Position numbers and translations under genes: made by a program
Source of the DNA: Hydrolagus colliei
Taxonomy: Eukaryota
Assembly: GCA_035084275.1 (NCBI GenBank)
Contig: CM068771.1
Location: 744,001-808,000 of the forward strand
Direction: 5' to 3'
DNA: 64,000 bases
The notes under the pieces: model-generated
What the model saw: only the letters and a program-made list of their open reading frames with translations
What the model was told of the DNA's origin: nothing
Database searches by the model: none
In this document: positions 23,346 to 35,500 of the stretch, in pieces
Layout: every line of letters begins with the position of its first letter
Position numbering within the stretch: the stretch's first letter is position 1

Positions 23346-24642
23346 TAACCATAGCCCCAACTCCACCCTAACCATAGCACCAACCCCAAACCCAGCACCA
23401 ATCATAGCCCCAACCATAGCCGCAGCTCCAACCATAGGTCTAACTGAACCCCAACCGTAGCCCTAAATATAGCCCCAATCCCAGCCCCAACCGTAGACCC
23501 AAATAAAACTGCAAACCCAATCCAAGCCGTAGCTCCTATCATATCCCCAACCATAACCTAATACCAGCCCCAACCATAGCCTAATACCAGCCCCAACCAT
23601 GCAGAACTGGTATAAGGCCCCCATGCCTTCTACCAGCACCATCCCCAAACATAGCCCAATCCCAGCACAAAACATAGCCCAACCCCAGCGCCCAAATCTA
23701 ATAGCCTCAAACCCAATAACAGCAACAAAATTACATTTATAGATTGCCTTTCATGTCGCGAGGATGTTCCAAGGCAATGAACAGTCAGGACTGGACCCGA
23801 GCAAGGGAGAGTGGAAGGGCAGGGGGGAGGGGTGGGAGAGAGTTAGGAATAGGGGAGGAGAGTTGGGAGGACAGCAGAAGGCACGGTCAAAGAAGAGGGT
23901 CTTGAGGCCGGCACTGAAGCAGCAGAGGGTGGGAGCGAGGCGAAGGGACTGCGGGATGGATTTCCAGAGTGTGGGAACAGAGAGGCTGAAAGCCCATCCA
24001 CCGATGGTAGGGCGAGTCAGGCAGGGCACACAGAGCAGGTCAGAGCCCACTGAACGGAGGGTACGGGGAGGTTCATAGGCGGACAACAGTTCAGAGAGGT
24101 AAGGAGGCAAGGCCGTGAATGGTCTTGAAGGTGAACCCCGTCCCAACCTTATAATAACAACAATAATAATAATAATAATAATCGTCCATGCGTTGACATA
24201 GCACTTTTGACATTTTCTGTAAAGAGTAATATTTGTGACACAGCAGTGTCCTACAAACAGTCTTGGATTGAAATGAACCCAAACTTAATACTAGCCCCCA
24301 AACTTGATCCAACCTCAAGGTCCTACCCTAGCCCCAACTTTATGCCAAACCCAGCCTCACCCCAACCCCAGACACAACACCAGCCCAATCCCCAGCCCAA
24401 AAGTTAGTGCAATTCTAGGCTAACTATGGGCTCAACTCCAAGCCCAGCCCTTACACCAAACAGAGCCCCAGCCCTAACCCCAACCATAGCCTAGCCTCAA
24501 ATCCAGCCCCAGCCTCAACCCCAGTTTTAGCCCAGCCCCAACCATAGCCCAGTAGTAGCCGCAACACCAATCCTATCACCAACACCAGCATCACCCTTAA
24601 CCACAGACCCAGCACCAACCCCAGCCCCAACCATAGCCCCAT
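23346..24642. repeat. Two (ccccaa/ccatag)n arrays (23346-23715, 24290-24642) split by an L2/SINE insert
   Basis: Repeated ccccaaccatag-type units either side of an L2 3' fragment at ~23716-24130 and a SINE tail. Confidence 0.8.
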
Positions 24643-25049
24643 TACCCTTTCCTCCCTTTTCTCTCTCACCCCACTTTCTGATTGATTGATTAATTCATTG
24701 ATTCATTAATTGATTCATTGATTCATTCATTGATTGACCTGGATTTGATTCCTGGGCAGGGCAAAAGTGAGGCTTGCTCCACACGCCTGTTTACCTAGCA
24801 GTAAGTAGGAACCCTCTTGTAAGTTCACTGATGGATCCGTTTTTCCTAGATGATAATCTCTTCATATAATAATAATTCTATATCCAATGTAAGGATTATT
24901 ATTGTAAGAAAACTATTGCTCCTCCCCACTGTTTACTGAAACATCACAAATAAATTATAATACTAAGCTGTGCAGGAATATAAAAAATAAATAAAATGGG
25001 TTTTCTTCGACATACTGTACTTATAAATTTTGTTGGTCGGCCGGGTGTC

Positions 25050-25190
25050 TGACAGGCCTGAGAGAGGGGGTAGCACAGGCCTGAGAGAGGGGGTAACAAA
25101 CGCCTGAGAGAGGGGATAACAAAGGCCTGAGGGAGGCGGTAATAAAGGCCTGAGAGAGGGGGTAGCACAGGCCTGAGAGAGGGGATAATA
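25050..25190. repeat. 23-24 bp minisatellite (caggcctgagagagggg...)x6
   Basis: Six visible units. Confidence 0.85.
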
Positions 25191-25319
25191 TGCACACACA
25201 ATTCCATGCACATATCAGTCACACACACAAGCAACAAACACACTGACACAAAGTCACACGTACACAAAATCATACACACACTCATACTGTGATAGCCCAG
25301 GCTCACTGAGGGGTAGGCA

Positions 25320-25560
25320 GAGGTTTAGAAAGCTGTGCGGTGGTTTAGGAGTGGGGGAAGTGTAGCTGAGTTGGAAAGTCCCTGGCTGGGAGTCAACGCC
25401 TCAGACAGTAATACCATAAACAATGATTTAACACAGAACAAACACATCAACAGCATGGGTTTAGATACGAGTCAGCAATGTCCTGCAATACACCAATGAG
25501 CTGCTGTGTCCACATCTTGTCACTTGTTACTCGGTCAGACAGTGACTCCCTCTGCCCTGT
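25320..25560 (-). promoter_or_regulatory. Distal module A: X-Y box plus NF-kB and ETS motifs
   Basis: X1 CCGAGTAACAAGTG (25534-25521), 20-bp spacer, Y CTCATTGG (25500-25493), kB GGGACTTTCC (25382-25373), GGAAGTG ETS-type core on the + strand ~25357. Confidence 0.7.
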
Positions 25561-27185
25561 ACCACACACAATGCACTGTATCTGCATTGTACCCTCCAAA
25601 CAGGCTCTCACTGCCCTGAGAGTGGGTTAAGAGAGGAAGGAGGGGGTAAGTCAGATCCTATGAATGCTCAGAACTCCCATGTCTGAAAGATTAAATCCCA
25701 AATCCCTTGATGAAAATAAAACAACAATAAATTGGTCATTTCATCCCACAACTGTTTGTGGGCTACTGCTGTGCGCAATTGGCTGCCATATTTTGCCCAC
25801 AGATGTGGCAGCCAATTGTCACTTCACTTTACTCTATATATTGTGAAGCGCTTTGACACCTCTAGAAGATGTGAAAAGCACTATATCAAATGTAAAAATT
25901 GTTAATATTATCATTATTGAGAACCTCTGGCCTAGAGTTTTGATCTGGATTTGTTTAAAGGCTGACGTTTATATTTCTGATAAAATAATTTGGAGAATAA
26001 TCAAGTCAGTCGGAGGGGAATCTGCCCTGTGGAAGAGATATCCAAAACAAGATCTTTACAGACATGACGGGGACAATCACACATACACATATTCAACATT
26101 TCCATACAGATATAGACTCACACACATTCAAACAACAACAAAATTACACTCGTATAGTGCCTTTCACATCAGGAGAACAACCCAAGGTGCTGGACAGTCA
26201 CCACTTCAGACCTGAGCTGAGGACAGTGGGGGAAGAGGGAAGGGGGAATTAGGAGTTGCCAATGGGTCCATCAAAGAGGAGAGTCTTGAGGTGAGATTTG
26301 AAGAAGGCCAGGGAGGGGCGAGGTGGATGGACTGCAGGATGGAGTTCCAGAGGTTGGGGGCAGCGTGGCTAAAGGCTGGCCAAGGGGTGGTGGGTGCGTC
26401 TGGGGACATGGAGCAGGCCGGAGCCTGCTGAGCAGAGGAGGCAGGCAGGTTGGTAAGGGATTACAAAATCACAGATGTCGGGTTGGTGGGGTGTGGTGGA
26501 GGGGGGGGGGGGGGGGGGGGGCGGGGTGAGGTTATGGAGGGCTTTAAATGTGAGGATCAGGATCTTGAATTGGATCCTCTGGATGATGGGGAGCCAATGG
26601 TTGGGTTAGGATGGGGGAGATGGAGTCACATCCTCACACGCAGACAGTCACACATACAGTCATACACACAGAATCTCACAACTACAAAATCAACTGCACT
26701 CAAACACTAAATGACATAAACACTCTCTCTCTCACACACTGTTAGTCCCCGGCTTGGTTTGGGGTAGGCAGTACGTCCCTTCAGCCTGTTCTGTCATGGC
26801 TGATCTGAAATTCAACTCCAATTCCCTGCCCTTGCCCATATCCCTTAATACCCTGACCTAACAAATATCTATCTATCTCTGGCTTGAAAATGGGAATGGA
26901 CCCAGCAACTACAGTCCTTGGAAAAGAGAATTCCAGATTTCAATTACCCTTTCAATAAAACTCTACCTTGATTCCACTGGGAACTGGCCTGGATCTAATT
27001 TTAAGACTGTGGCCCTTGTTCTGGATTCTGTTTCCCTATACCTCCCCAATTGAATGTCTTGATTATTTTAGAAATCCCAATCAGATCATTCCTCAACCTG
27101 TTAAATTCAAGGATGTACTTGAGGTTGATTAATATTCGGTAAGTCAGGGTATTAAGGGAGATGGGGAGAAAGTGGGACATTGGAA

Positions 27186-28110
27186 TTGAAAGGGTTATTA
27201 GAAAAACTATTTCCACTCGTGGGTGAATCTGTGACTCGTGGTCACAGATTTAAAATAGTTTCAAGGCGCAGTAGAGGGGAGCTGAGGAGAATTTTTTTCA
27301 CTCAGCGAGTTGTTCGAATCTGGAATGCATTGCCTGAAAAGGTGGTGGAGGCTGATTCGATAACAACTTTTAAAAGGGAATTAGATCTTTATTTAGGAAG
27401 AACGGGTCTATTAGGCTATGGGGAGCGGGCAGGGCAATGGGATTGAATCGCTCTTTTCAAAGAGCCGGCACAGACTAGATGGGCCGAATGGCCTCCTTTT
27501 GTGCCGTAAAATTCTATGATTCTATGATTCTATGATCAGGTTCATAGATCAGCCATGATCTAACTAAATGGCAGAATAAGTGCAGTTTTGGTCTCCTTAT
27601 TTAAAAAAGGACATACTTGACACATACGTGCAGCATAGATTCACTAGGTTAGTTCCTGGGATGAGGGGACTGATCTATGAGGATAGGTTGAATAAACTAG
27701 GGCTGTATTCTCTAGAGTACAGAAGAATTAGTGGGGATCTTATTGAAACATATAAGCTTCTTAAAGGACTAGATAAAGTAGGACTGTTTCCCCTGGTAGG
27801 AGAATCTATAACCAGGGGTCACAGTCTTAAAATTAAGGGTCAGCCTTTTAGAACAGGGTTGAGAAAACATTTTTTTCACTCAGAGGGCAATGAATTTATG
27901 GAATTCACTACCACAGAAGGCTGTAGATGCTCAGTCCGTGAACATTTTCAAGGCTGAGACTGCTAGATTTTTGAACAATAAAGGGATTAGGGGATATGGT
28001 GATAGGGGAGGTAATCAGAGTTAGGTGAGAAGATCATGATCTTATTGAATGGCGGAGCAGGCTCGAGGGGCCGAATGGCCTACTCCTGCTCCTAATTCTT
28101 ATGTTCATAT
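27186..28110 (+). mobile_element. Young CR1 3' end (27186-27535) followed by an older CR1 3' end
   Basis: 27186-27535 matches the reverse complement of the 1.3-kb and 49.1-kb copies, with a (ttctatga)3 tail. ORF 27580-27957 is a CR1 RT C-terminus. Confidence 0.88.
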
Positions 28111-28799
28111 GCTATTAAGGTCAAAGGACTGAATGGCCTATTCCTGTTCCTTTGTTCCTGAATAGAGACCATGTTTATGAAACCTGTCATGATAATTTAA
28201 CCTGTTAAAACCTGATATAATTCTGATGAATCTGCACTGCAAACACCACCCGTTCCCCACCACCACCTCCCACTAAGCCAATATATCCTTCATGAGGTGT
28301 GATGCCCAACACTGAACCCAGTGTAGCAGTTGCTGTCTGACCAAGGCTCTATTTAGTTAAAGCATCACTTCCTCTCCTCTATATTGCAGACCTTTGAGAT
28401 AAAGGCCAACATCCCATTAGCCATTTTGATAACATTTATAATAATAATCCTTGCCTTTGATATAGCGCTTTTCACATCTTTTCAACATGAATAGAGTATA
28501 CTGTAAAGTGAATTAATTGCATACTTGCGGGCAAAATGCTGCCGCAAACTATGCACAGTAGTGACCCACAAACAGTCGTGGATTAAAATGATCAATTCAT
28601 TATAGATTTTATTATAGATTATAGATTTTTTTGGGGACAGATTATTATTAGGCATGTAGAGTAAGAAAACTTGCCCACGGTTTCACCCTGACCTGCCTGG
28701 GTTCGAAACACAGGTCTCACACTTATAAGTTGAGTGATCTAACAGGATCTATAGGACTACAGGACTACAGTAGTCTGATCTACAGGACTCCACATTTTA

Positions 28800-28960
28800 G
28801 GAGAGGGAGCAGTGGTTAAGAAGTGGGAAGTGGAGATGTGGTTGGGAAGTCCCTGGCTGGGAGTCATTGCCTCAGACATTAACACCTTAAACAATGATTT
28901 AACACAGAACAAGCATGCCAACACCACGGGTTTAGACATGAGTCAGTTACTGTATCCCCC
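28800..28960 (-). promoter_or_regulatory. Distal module B: paralog of A/C retaining kB, ETS and AP-1 motifs but lacking X-Y
   Basis: Aligns by eye with 25330-25480 and 30360-30510. kB GGGACTTCCC (28853-28844), TGAGTCA at 28939-28945. Similarity ends before the Y box. Confidence 0.55.
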
Positions 28961-29945
28961 ACTCAGCCTCTGCACTGAGAGAGTGAGTGAGATACGCCTG
29001 AGAGTGAGGGTAAGATAAGCCCCATGAATACCCACTTCTGTGCAAATCACCACTCAGAGATTGAGAATCTGTGGGTTAGAATTTTTATCTGGATTCACTT
29101 AAAGCCTGATGTGATTTTCAATAAAATAAACCAGTGAATTGTTAAATCAGACAGTGGGGAGGGAATCTGCCATGTGGGAGTGAGACCCTATACAAGATCT
29201 TTACACAGCATCCTCACATCCCTGCTCGTCGGCCTTCCCAACGCAAGTTGCGGATCACCTAGAACTCTGCATGTCCTCTCTTACACCAGGCTCTGTGACT
29301 CCATCACTCTGAGGCTCGACCAGCTCCACTGACATCCCATCCCTCAGAGGATCGAGTCCAAATTGCCTTGTACTGTACCCTCCTACCTCTCAGAACTGCT
29401 AAACCCTTATGAACCTGTCCCTCTCCCCACTCAGGAAGTGCCGGCCTACTCAGTGTCCCCTGCCAGGCCCACCTCAAAATTAGCGATTCAGCCTCTCTGC
29501 CACAAACATCTGGAACTGCATCCCATATTCCCTTTTCCTCACTCTCTCCCTGCCTCAATAAAGCCACACCTCAAGACTCCTCTTTGACCGTGCCTTTGGC
29601 CACCAACTGAGACTCCCCTGCCTACCACCCTAATTGACCCCAAGTCCCTCAATCCTAATCCCTAACTGTTCAGCACCCTGGGAAGTCCTCCCTTTGTGAA
29701 AGATGCTTTACACATGTGATTTTGTACCATATTGTTTTATATTATTAGAGACAGAGCAACGATGGTCAGAATAGAACTAGAACACAGAAGAGGGACTATC
29801 ACATACATACTTGCACACAAATGCAGTCTTACACACTCACGGAATCAAAAACACTCACAAATACCTATATACCCACACTGAATCACACACACATAATTTC
29901 TCACACCATCACACCATCTCACACATAAAGTCATACGCAATCACA

Positions 29946-30242
29946 GGGGGCACTCGATAGTCTGAAGGTTTAATAGTCCAAAGGTTCGGTAGTCCGAAGG
30001 TTCGATAATCCGAACACACAAATTTCCTATACCCGGGGTAGTTACCATGGTTACCGCTCGATAGTCCGAAAATAAATTTAATTAATCCGAACATTTGGTG
30101 TGATATTCTGAAGGTTCATTAGTCCAAATGTTAGTGTTAGGGTTAGGGTTAGTGTTAGAGTTCGGGGAAGCTTCGGACTAACGAACCTTCAGACTATTGA
30201 ACCTTATGACTAATGAACCTTCGGACTATCGGGCGGTAACCA
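29946..30242. mobile_element. Probable non-autonomous DNA transposon (MITE)
   Basis: Inverted arrays of (t)cgatagtccgaaggtt and aaccttcggacta; GGTTACCGCYCGATAGTCCGAA at 30049 is inverted at 30220-30241; internal ttaggg-like tract; possible 8-bp flanking duplication caatcaca. Confidence 0.55.
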
Positions 30243-30344
30243 CAATCACATATAGGTGAACTCAAACACTATAAATGTCTCAAACACTATAAATGTCACG
30301 AACACTCTCTGTAATGCATACTGACAATCCCAGACTCAGTGTGA

Positions 30345-30600
30345 AGTTTAGAAAGAGGGAGTGGGGCACTACTGGTTTAGGAGGGGGAAGTGTGGCTGTG
30401 GTTGGAAAGTCCCTGGCTGGGATTAAACGCCTCAGACATTGATACCATAAACAATGATTTAGCACAGAATAAACACAGCAACAGCACGGGTTCAGATACG
30501 AGTCAGCAATGGCCTGGGATACACCAATGAGCTGCTGTATCTACATCTCGTCACTTGTTACTGGGTCAGACAGTGACACTCTCTGCCCTGTACCTCACAC
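30345..30600 (-). promoter_or_regulatory. Distal module C: X-Y box plus NF-kB and ETS motifs
   Basis: X1 CCCAGTAACAAGTG (30565-30552), X2-like TGACGAG, 20-bp spacer, Y CTCATTGG (30531-30524), kB GGGACTTTCC (30413-30404). Confidence 0.72.
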
Positions 30601-30699
30601 TGTATCTACACTGTACATTCCACACTGCCTCCCTCTGTCCTGTACCTCACACTGCATCTATACTGTACTCTCCATACAGCCTCCCTGGCTCAGTGTGTG

Positions 30700-31200
30700 T
30701 CAGCCTGACGTCTTGGACTCTTGCCTTTGTTTCAGAAGGTTGTGAGTTCAAGTCCCCGTGTCAGTACTTGGATGCACAAAGTCTGAGATGACACTCCAAT
30801 GCAATGAAAGTCTAATCCGACACTCCTGACATGAAAGGTGCCCTATAAATGTAATTCTATTGTTGTTGTAACTCCCAGAATCCGTTATCGTGAAGCGCTC
30901 TGAGACGCCGTCCGGCATAGAGGGCACGATATAAATCAAAGTTGTTGTTATTGTTGCATTGGCGGAAGTGACATCCTTTGGATGAGACATTAAACTGTGA
31001 TCCCATCTGCCTGTTCAGGTGGATGTGAAATATTCTATGGCATTATATGAAAAGTGAAGGGAGTTCTCCCTACATTCTCCAAAATAAAATCAGTCACACA
31101 CTTCATGACTGTTTGTGGGACATTGCTGAGCGCAAATTGGTTGATGTGTTTCTCCCACAAAATATACAGTCGCTTGGTAACATGTTACTTTGAAGCATTT
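30700..31200 (+). mobile_element. Old Deu-domain SINE (SacSINE1/AmnSINE1-like), interrupted by a SINE/L2 tail
   Basis: tRNA-like head (cagaaggttgtgagttcaagtcc). Central ...ttggatgagacattaaactg...tcaggtggatgtgaaa...atggca...gggagttctccc resembles the DeuSINE core (recalled). Confidence 0.65.
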
Positions 31201-32320
31201 AAAACATCTTATTATTATATTATAATAATGATAATCCCCTGATAGAAAAGCCATTGGGGAGAAACCATTGTCTGTGATTTACAGACACACGCGGTGATTG
31301 CAGAAACCAACACTGGGGCTTCACCACCTTCTCTCTCCACAACCCAAAATGTTAATTCATTGTCGCCATGATCCACAATCATTCATAGGTTACACTGTCA
31401 GCAAGTGGCCTGGCTACTGTTACTATAGAAGTGCTCCAAGATGTCTAGATTGCGAGATAAGGCGCTGTATCAAATGTAAGGATTACTATTATTACGTTCT
31501 CTGAGATGCTGCCTCATGTGAAAGGCCCTACATCAATGCAAGTTGTTGTTATATTACAGTGAACAGACACCCCTCTACAACACTGTGTGATGAGCTTATT
31601 ATCAGGTTTGACATCAATCTTTGTCCCTCTGCGATGGCTGCTCGGTAATAAGCAGAGGCTCCTTTCTCTCACCAGGAACAGCAGTGACACCTTCTGGCTG
31701 TCCCCTGAGCAGCAATGGAGCTGGGTTTACTCACAGTCACTGACACTGTTAGAGTGAGACTTTCCCAGGACATGTCCTGGTGGGTAATCAGGGATCTGCT
31801 GTTCCTCTGAAATCAGTCCCTCTCCTCAGGATCAGTCCCTGCCCCTCTCAATACCGCTGTCATCGCCCACCTCCTCAAAAAACCGACCCTAGATCCCCTC
31901 AAACCGTAGCCACTAACGCCCTATCTCAAACTTGCCCTTCATTGCCCAAGTCTTAGAATGTGTTGTTGCCAACCAATTCCTGATGCCTGACCCGTGCTCC
32001 CACCTTTCCCGTTTTCTGCATCGCGCCTTCTCCTCTCTCGTCTTCTGCTTCAGTTTCTCTTCTTCTGCATCTTATAAGTCTTGATCCACCATTCCCTCCT
32101 TTCTTTCCTGTGTTTCACACCCCGTCATTTTCCATTTTCTGTGTTGTGCACCATATTGTTCCATCTTCTGAGCTCAACCCACTATTTATCCTTTTCTTCA
32201 TTGCACCGTCTGTTTTCCCATCACCTGTGTGGCGCCCTCACCTTTCCAGCCTTCTGCGTGGCACACTGCGTTTCCCTCCTACTGAGTCACAGATCTACCT
32301 TTACCGATTCCTGTGTCGTA

Positions 32321-33106
32321 TAGGGTCCATCAATATGGAAATTTTCCGATTTAGATATATCGACGGGCTCATATCGAGATATACCGACTTATTTATATTT
32401 TTGGGGGTTTTGTACTGTGCATACACGCGCGTTGCGAGGTGCGCGCGCATTTGGGAGTGTGCACACATTCGGAGGTGCACGCGCATTCGGGGCCTATCTC
32501 CTCAGGAGGTAAAATATATCTCTCTCTCTCTCTGTGTGACTCTCACACTCACTCTCTCCATCTCTGTGTTTTTCTGTCTGTGTCTCTGCGTCTCTCTCCT
32601 CTCTCAAATCCCCCCACCCATCTCCACCCTTCCGTCCGTCCGTCCGTCCATCCATCCATCTCTGAATATTATCAAATCCCCCCCCGTCTCCCCGCACCCC
32701 CCCCCCCCCCCAACTGGTCTCTCTCTCTACCTCCCTCCCACCCCCACCCCCCGGTCTCTCGCTCTCCCTCCCACCCCCCCCACCCAGTCTCTCTCTTTCC
32801 CTCCCGCCCCCCGGTCTCTCTCCCCTCACCCCCACCCCCCATCTCCCCCCCACAACCCACCCTTTGCATACCTGTATATTGTTATTCGAGGATTATGAAT
32901 ACAATATGGCGGCTTGTACCTCGGTCTGTGCATTGTGTATAGAGATGAGCATTCTGGGTCTTGCAGTTCAGTGTGTGCACATTCCGATTTTCCCCCTCGA
33001 TATATAAACTTTTCGATATATCGATATTTTGAGAATGTCTATATCGGCGTATCGATACGAAAACTGTATCGGATATAACCGATATATCGATATATCGCCG
33101 GACCGT
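32321..33106. mobile_element. Possible hAT-type non-autonomous element with atcgat-rich subterminal repeats
   Basis: Imperfect TIR agggtcc / ggaccgt, with dense (at)atcga(t) motifs at both ends. No clean TSD. Confidence 0.45.
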
Positions 33107-33889
33107 CGTTCCCCATCCTTTCCTGTCTTCTGCTTCCCCGCTCCCACTTTCCCGTTTCTGCATTGCGCCACCAACTTCCTGTCTATTGTGTTAGCCCTGG
33201 TCCTTTCCTGTCTTCACTACAGTGCCCATCCTTTGCCATCTTCTACATAGCGTCCCCTCATTTTATGTCATCTGCATCGTGCCCCAAACTTTCCCATCAT
33301 CTGCATCACGCAACTTCCGTTCCTGTCTTCTACTTCCTGCCCCCTCCTTTCCCATCATGTGCTTTGCTCCCCCTCCTTTCCAGCCTTCTGTATCGCACCC
33401 CCTCTTTTCTCTGTGTTCGAGTCAAACTCAAATGTCTACATCGGATAGAAAGAAACTCAAAACCTTTGTCCACTTCAGGGTATTTCAACATGGTGAGAGG
33501 TGGATGCCGTGAATCTATAAATTAAAATTCATCTGCCATGTGTCTGCCCATTTTACCATTCGGTCTATAACTTCTTGCACAATCCTCCTCACTATTTAAC
33601 TGACACAACTAACTTTGTGTCATTTGGAAACTTCGAAAAGGTATTCCCTATACCCAAGTCCAGATAATTTATCATACAATCATAGAATCTTGTGACACAA
33701 AAGGAGGACATTTGGCCAATCGAGTCTGTGCCAGCTCTTTTAAAAGAGCAATTTAATCCCACTCCCAGCTCTCTCCCCACAAACCCGTCCTCCCCAAATA
33801 AATGTCTACCTCTCTTTTAAAAGCTTTTATTAAAACAGCCCCCACCACCTTTTCAGGCAATATATTCCAGATTCGAATAACTCGCTGGG

Positions 33890-34350
33890 TGTAGGATCAT
33901 CTATTTCCGTGTGTTGAACAGATAGTCTTTGGACACCGAGTAGATTCAAAAGAGTTAAAAGAGTTCTTTATTACAGTACTTGTAAAGTTACAGTACAGGC
34001 ACATTGCTTGAGCTGCTCTTTTTAGACAAAAGAAAATAATCTATATTTATACATTGCTACTTTCTGTTAGCTTATTTAATCAAAAAGTTACTGATGACTC
34101 GAGACACCCTCTCTCAGGGGTTTCACGCTATCAAATTAGTCTCTCCCTTCATGGGTTCCACTTGAACACTATTACGTACAGTCTGACCTTTGTCTCACAT
34201 ATTGATCATGAGTCTGCGCACTATTGGTGCACAGTTTACTGATTGGGTTAGCTGGAATGTTAAACAATGCTCATATCTAGTCGCTCGGTTAGCTGTCTAG
34301 GCATAACATTCTGGTGCTGAATCACACTCCTTACTTGTTTACCTCCTTCA
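33890..34350 (-). repeat. ERV 3' LTR
   Basis: 461 bp, minus strand TGAAGG...CCTACA, preceded by PPT AAAGGGAGGAG (34361-34351). Confidence 0.93.
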
Positions 34351-34387
34351 CTCCTCCCTTTGATTCTGCATCAGACTGACACACACA

Positions 34388-34919
34388 CTAAAAACACGTT
34401 ACGCATAATATGAAGCATGTACACGATGGAGGGGAATAGGGGTAGCACATGCACGGGCTAAACACAGCCGAATTAGAACTACAATGAATTAAATGGTTAA
34501 ACAAATAACCAAAATAAAATGATCCCATGTCCGAGATATTGACCCCAACCTTCAAACCAACCCGTGAACGAAGGCCACCAAGAGGCGCCATATGGATTCC
34601 GAAACTTGTCCACCTCAGACCGAATGTGGCGGACAAGATCAGTGATGTTCTCGGAGTTATCGGGGATGTAAGTGCAACATTCGGAGCCAATAAGGGCACA
34701 GGTACACCCTTTCTCAGCAATGATAATATCAAGGGCCATACGATTCTGGAGGGCAACAGTACGGATAGCAACCATTTCGCCGTCAACTGTTCTATGGCAC
34801 CCACAGTATCATTAGCCGCTTGTTCGAGAATGCTGTCCCGACGCATGATGGCGAGTTGCCACTAGGGACATGCATACACTCACAATGGTCAAGCACAACA
34901 ACGCCCGAAGAGCTGCCAT
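34388..34919 (-). pseudogene. env: ERV env remnant: signal peptide joined to TM subunit, SU deleted
   Basis: MAALRALLCLTIVSVCMSL at 34919, then LQNRMALDIIIAEKG (immunosuppressive domain), CALIGSECC (CX6CC) and a membrane-spanning segment; frameshifted. Confidence 0.9.
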
Positions 34920-34926
34920 TTTATTG

Positions 34927-35500
34927 ATCAATCACTCGTTTCATGTGAGAAGCGTGGACCCAGGCTTTTTTGCCCTCAACTTTGATGGCAGATGGGGTTG
35001 TCAGCAACACCAGGTAGGGACCTTCCCACTTGGCACCCAAAGGTTCCTTGTGCAGCTTCTTCACGTAAACTCAAACTCCTGGGACCAAGTCGTGTCCCCC
35101 TTTGGGTGGTTCACCCCAAGCCGCTGATACCGGTCGAGAAGCAGAACTCACAGCATTCGTTAATTGCTGACAATATTCTAGCAAAGTTTCGCTCCTTAAA
35201 TGACAATCAGCTTTTCGCAAATCAATAATTCAAGACAGAGACATAGGTCTTCCGGTTATAACCTCAAACGGGCTCAAACCGGTGGTCGGGTTAGGTGTGG
35301 CTCGAATGCTGCACAGTACCATAGGTAGTGTTTGGGGCCACGGAACACCATCCTGATGATATTTGGCCAACCGGTGTTTCAATGTCCTCTTCATCCGTTC
35401 CACTTGTCCTGAGGACTGTGGGTGGTACGGGCAGTGTAGACTCCATTTGATGTTCAATAGCCTGCTGACTTCTTGGCACACGATGCCTTCGCCCCTAGCA
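34927..35500 (-). pseudogene. pol: ERV integrase C-terminal half
   Basis: HCPYHPQSSGQVERMKRTLK, LSPFEVITGRPM and [18 protein letters not shown] (GPY/F module). Confidence 0.92.

Noticed and set aside
30280-30465. Leader-like segment HSLFLNFTLSLGLSVCITE downstream of X-Y module C, suggesting a relic class II gene
   Set aside because: No suitable ATG or donor, the frame is not kept in module A, and no alpha-1 or beta-1 exon follows.
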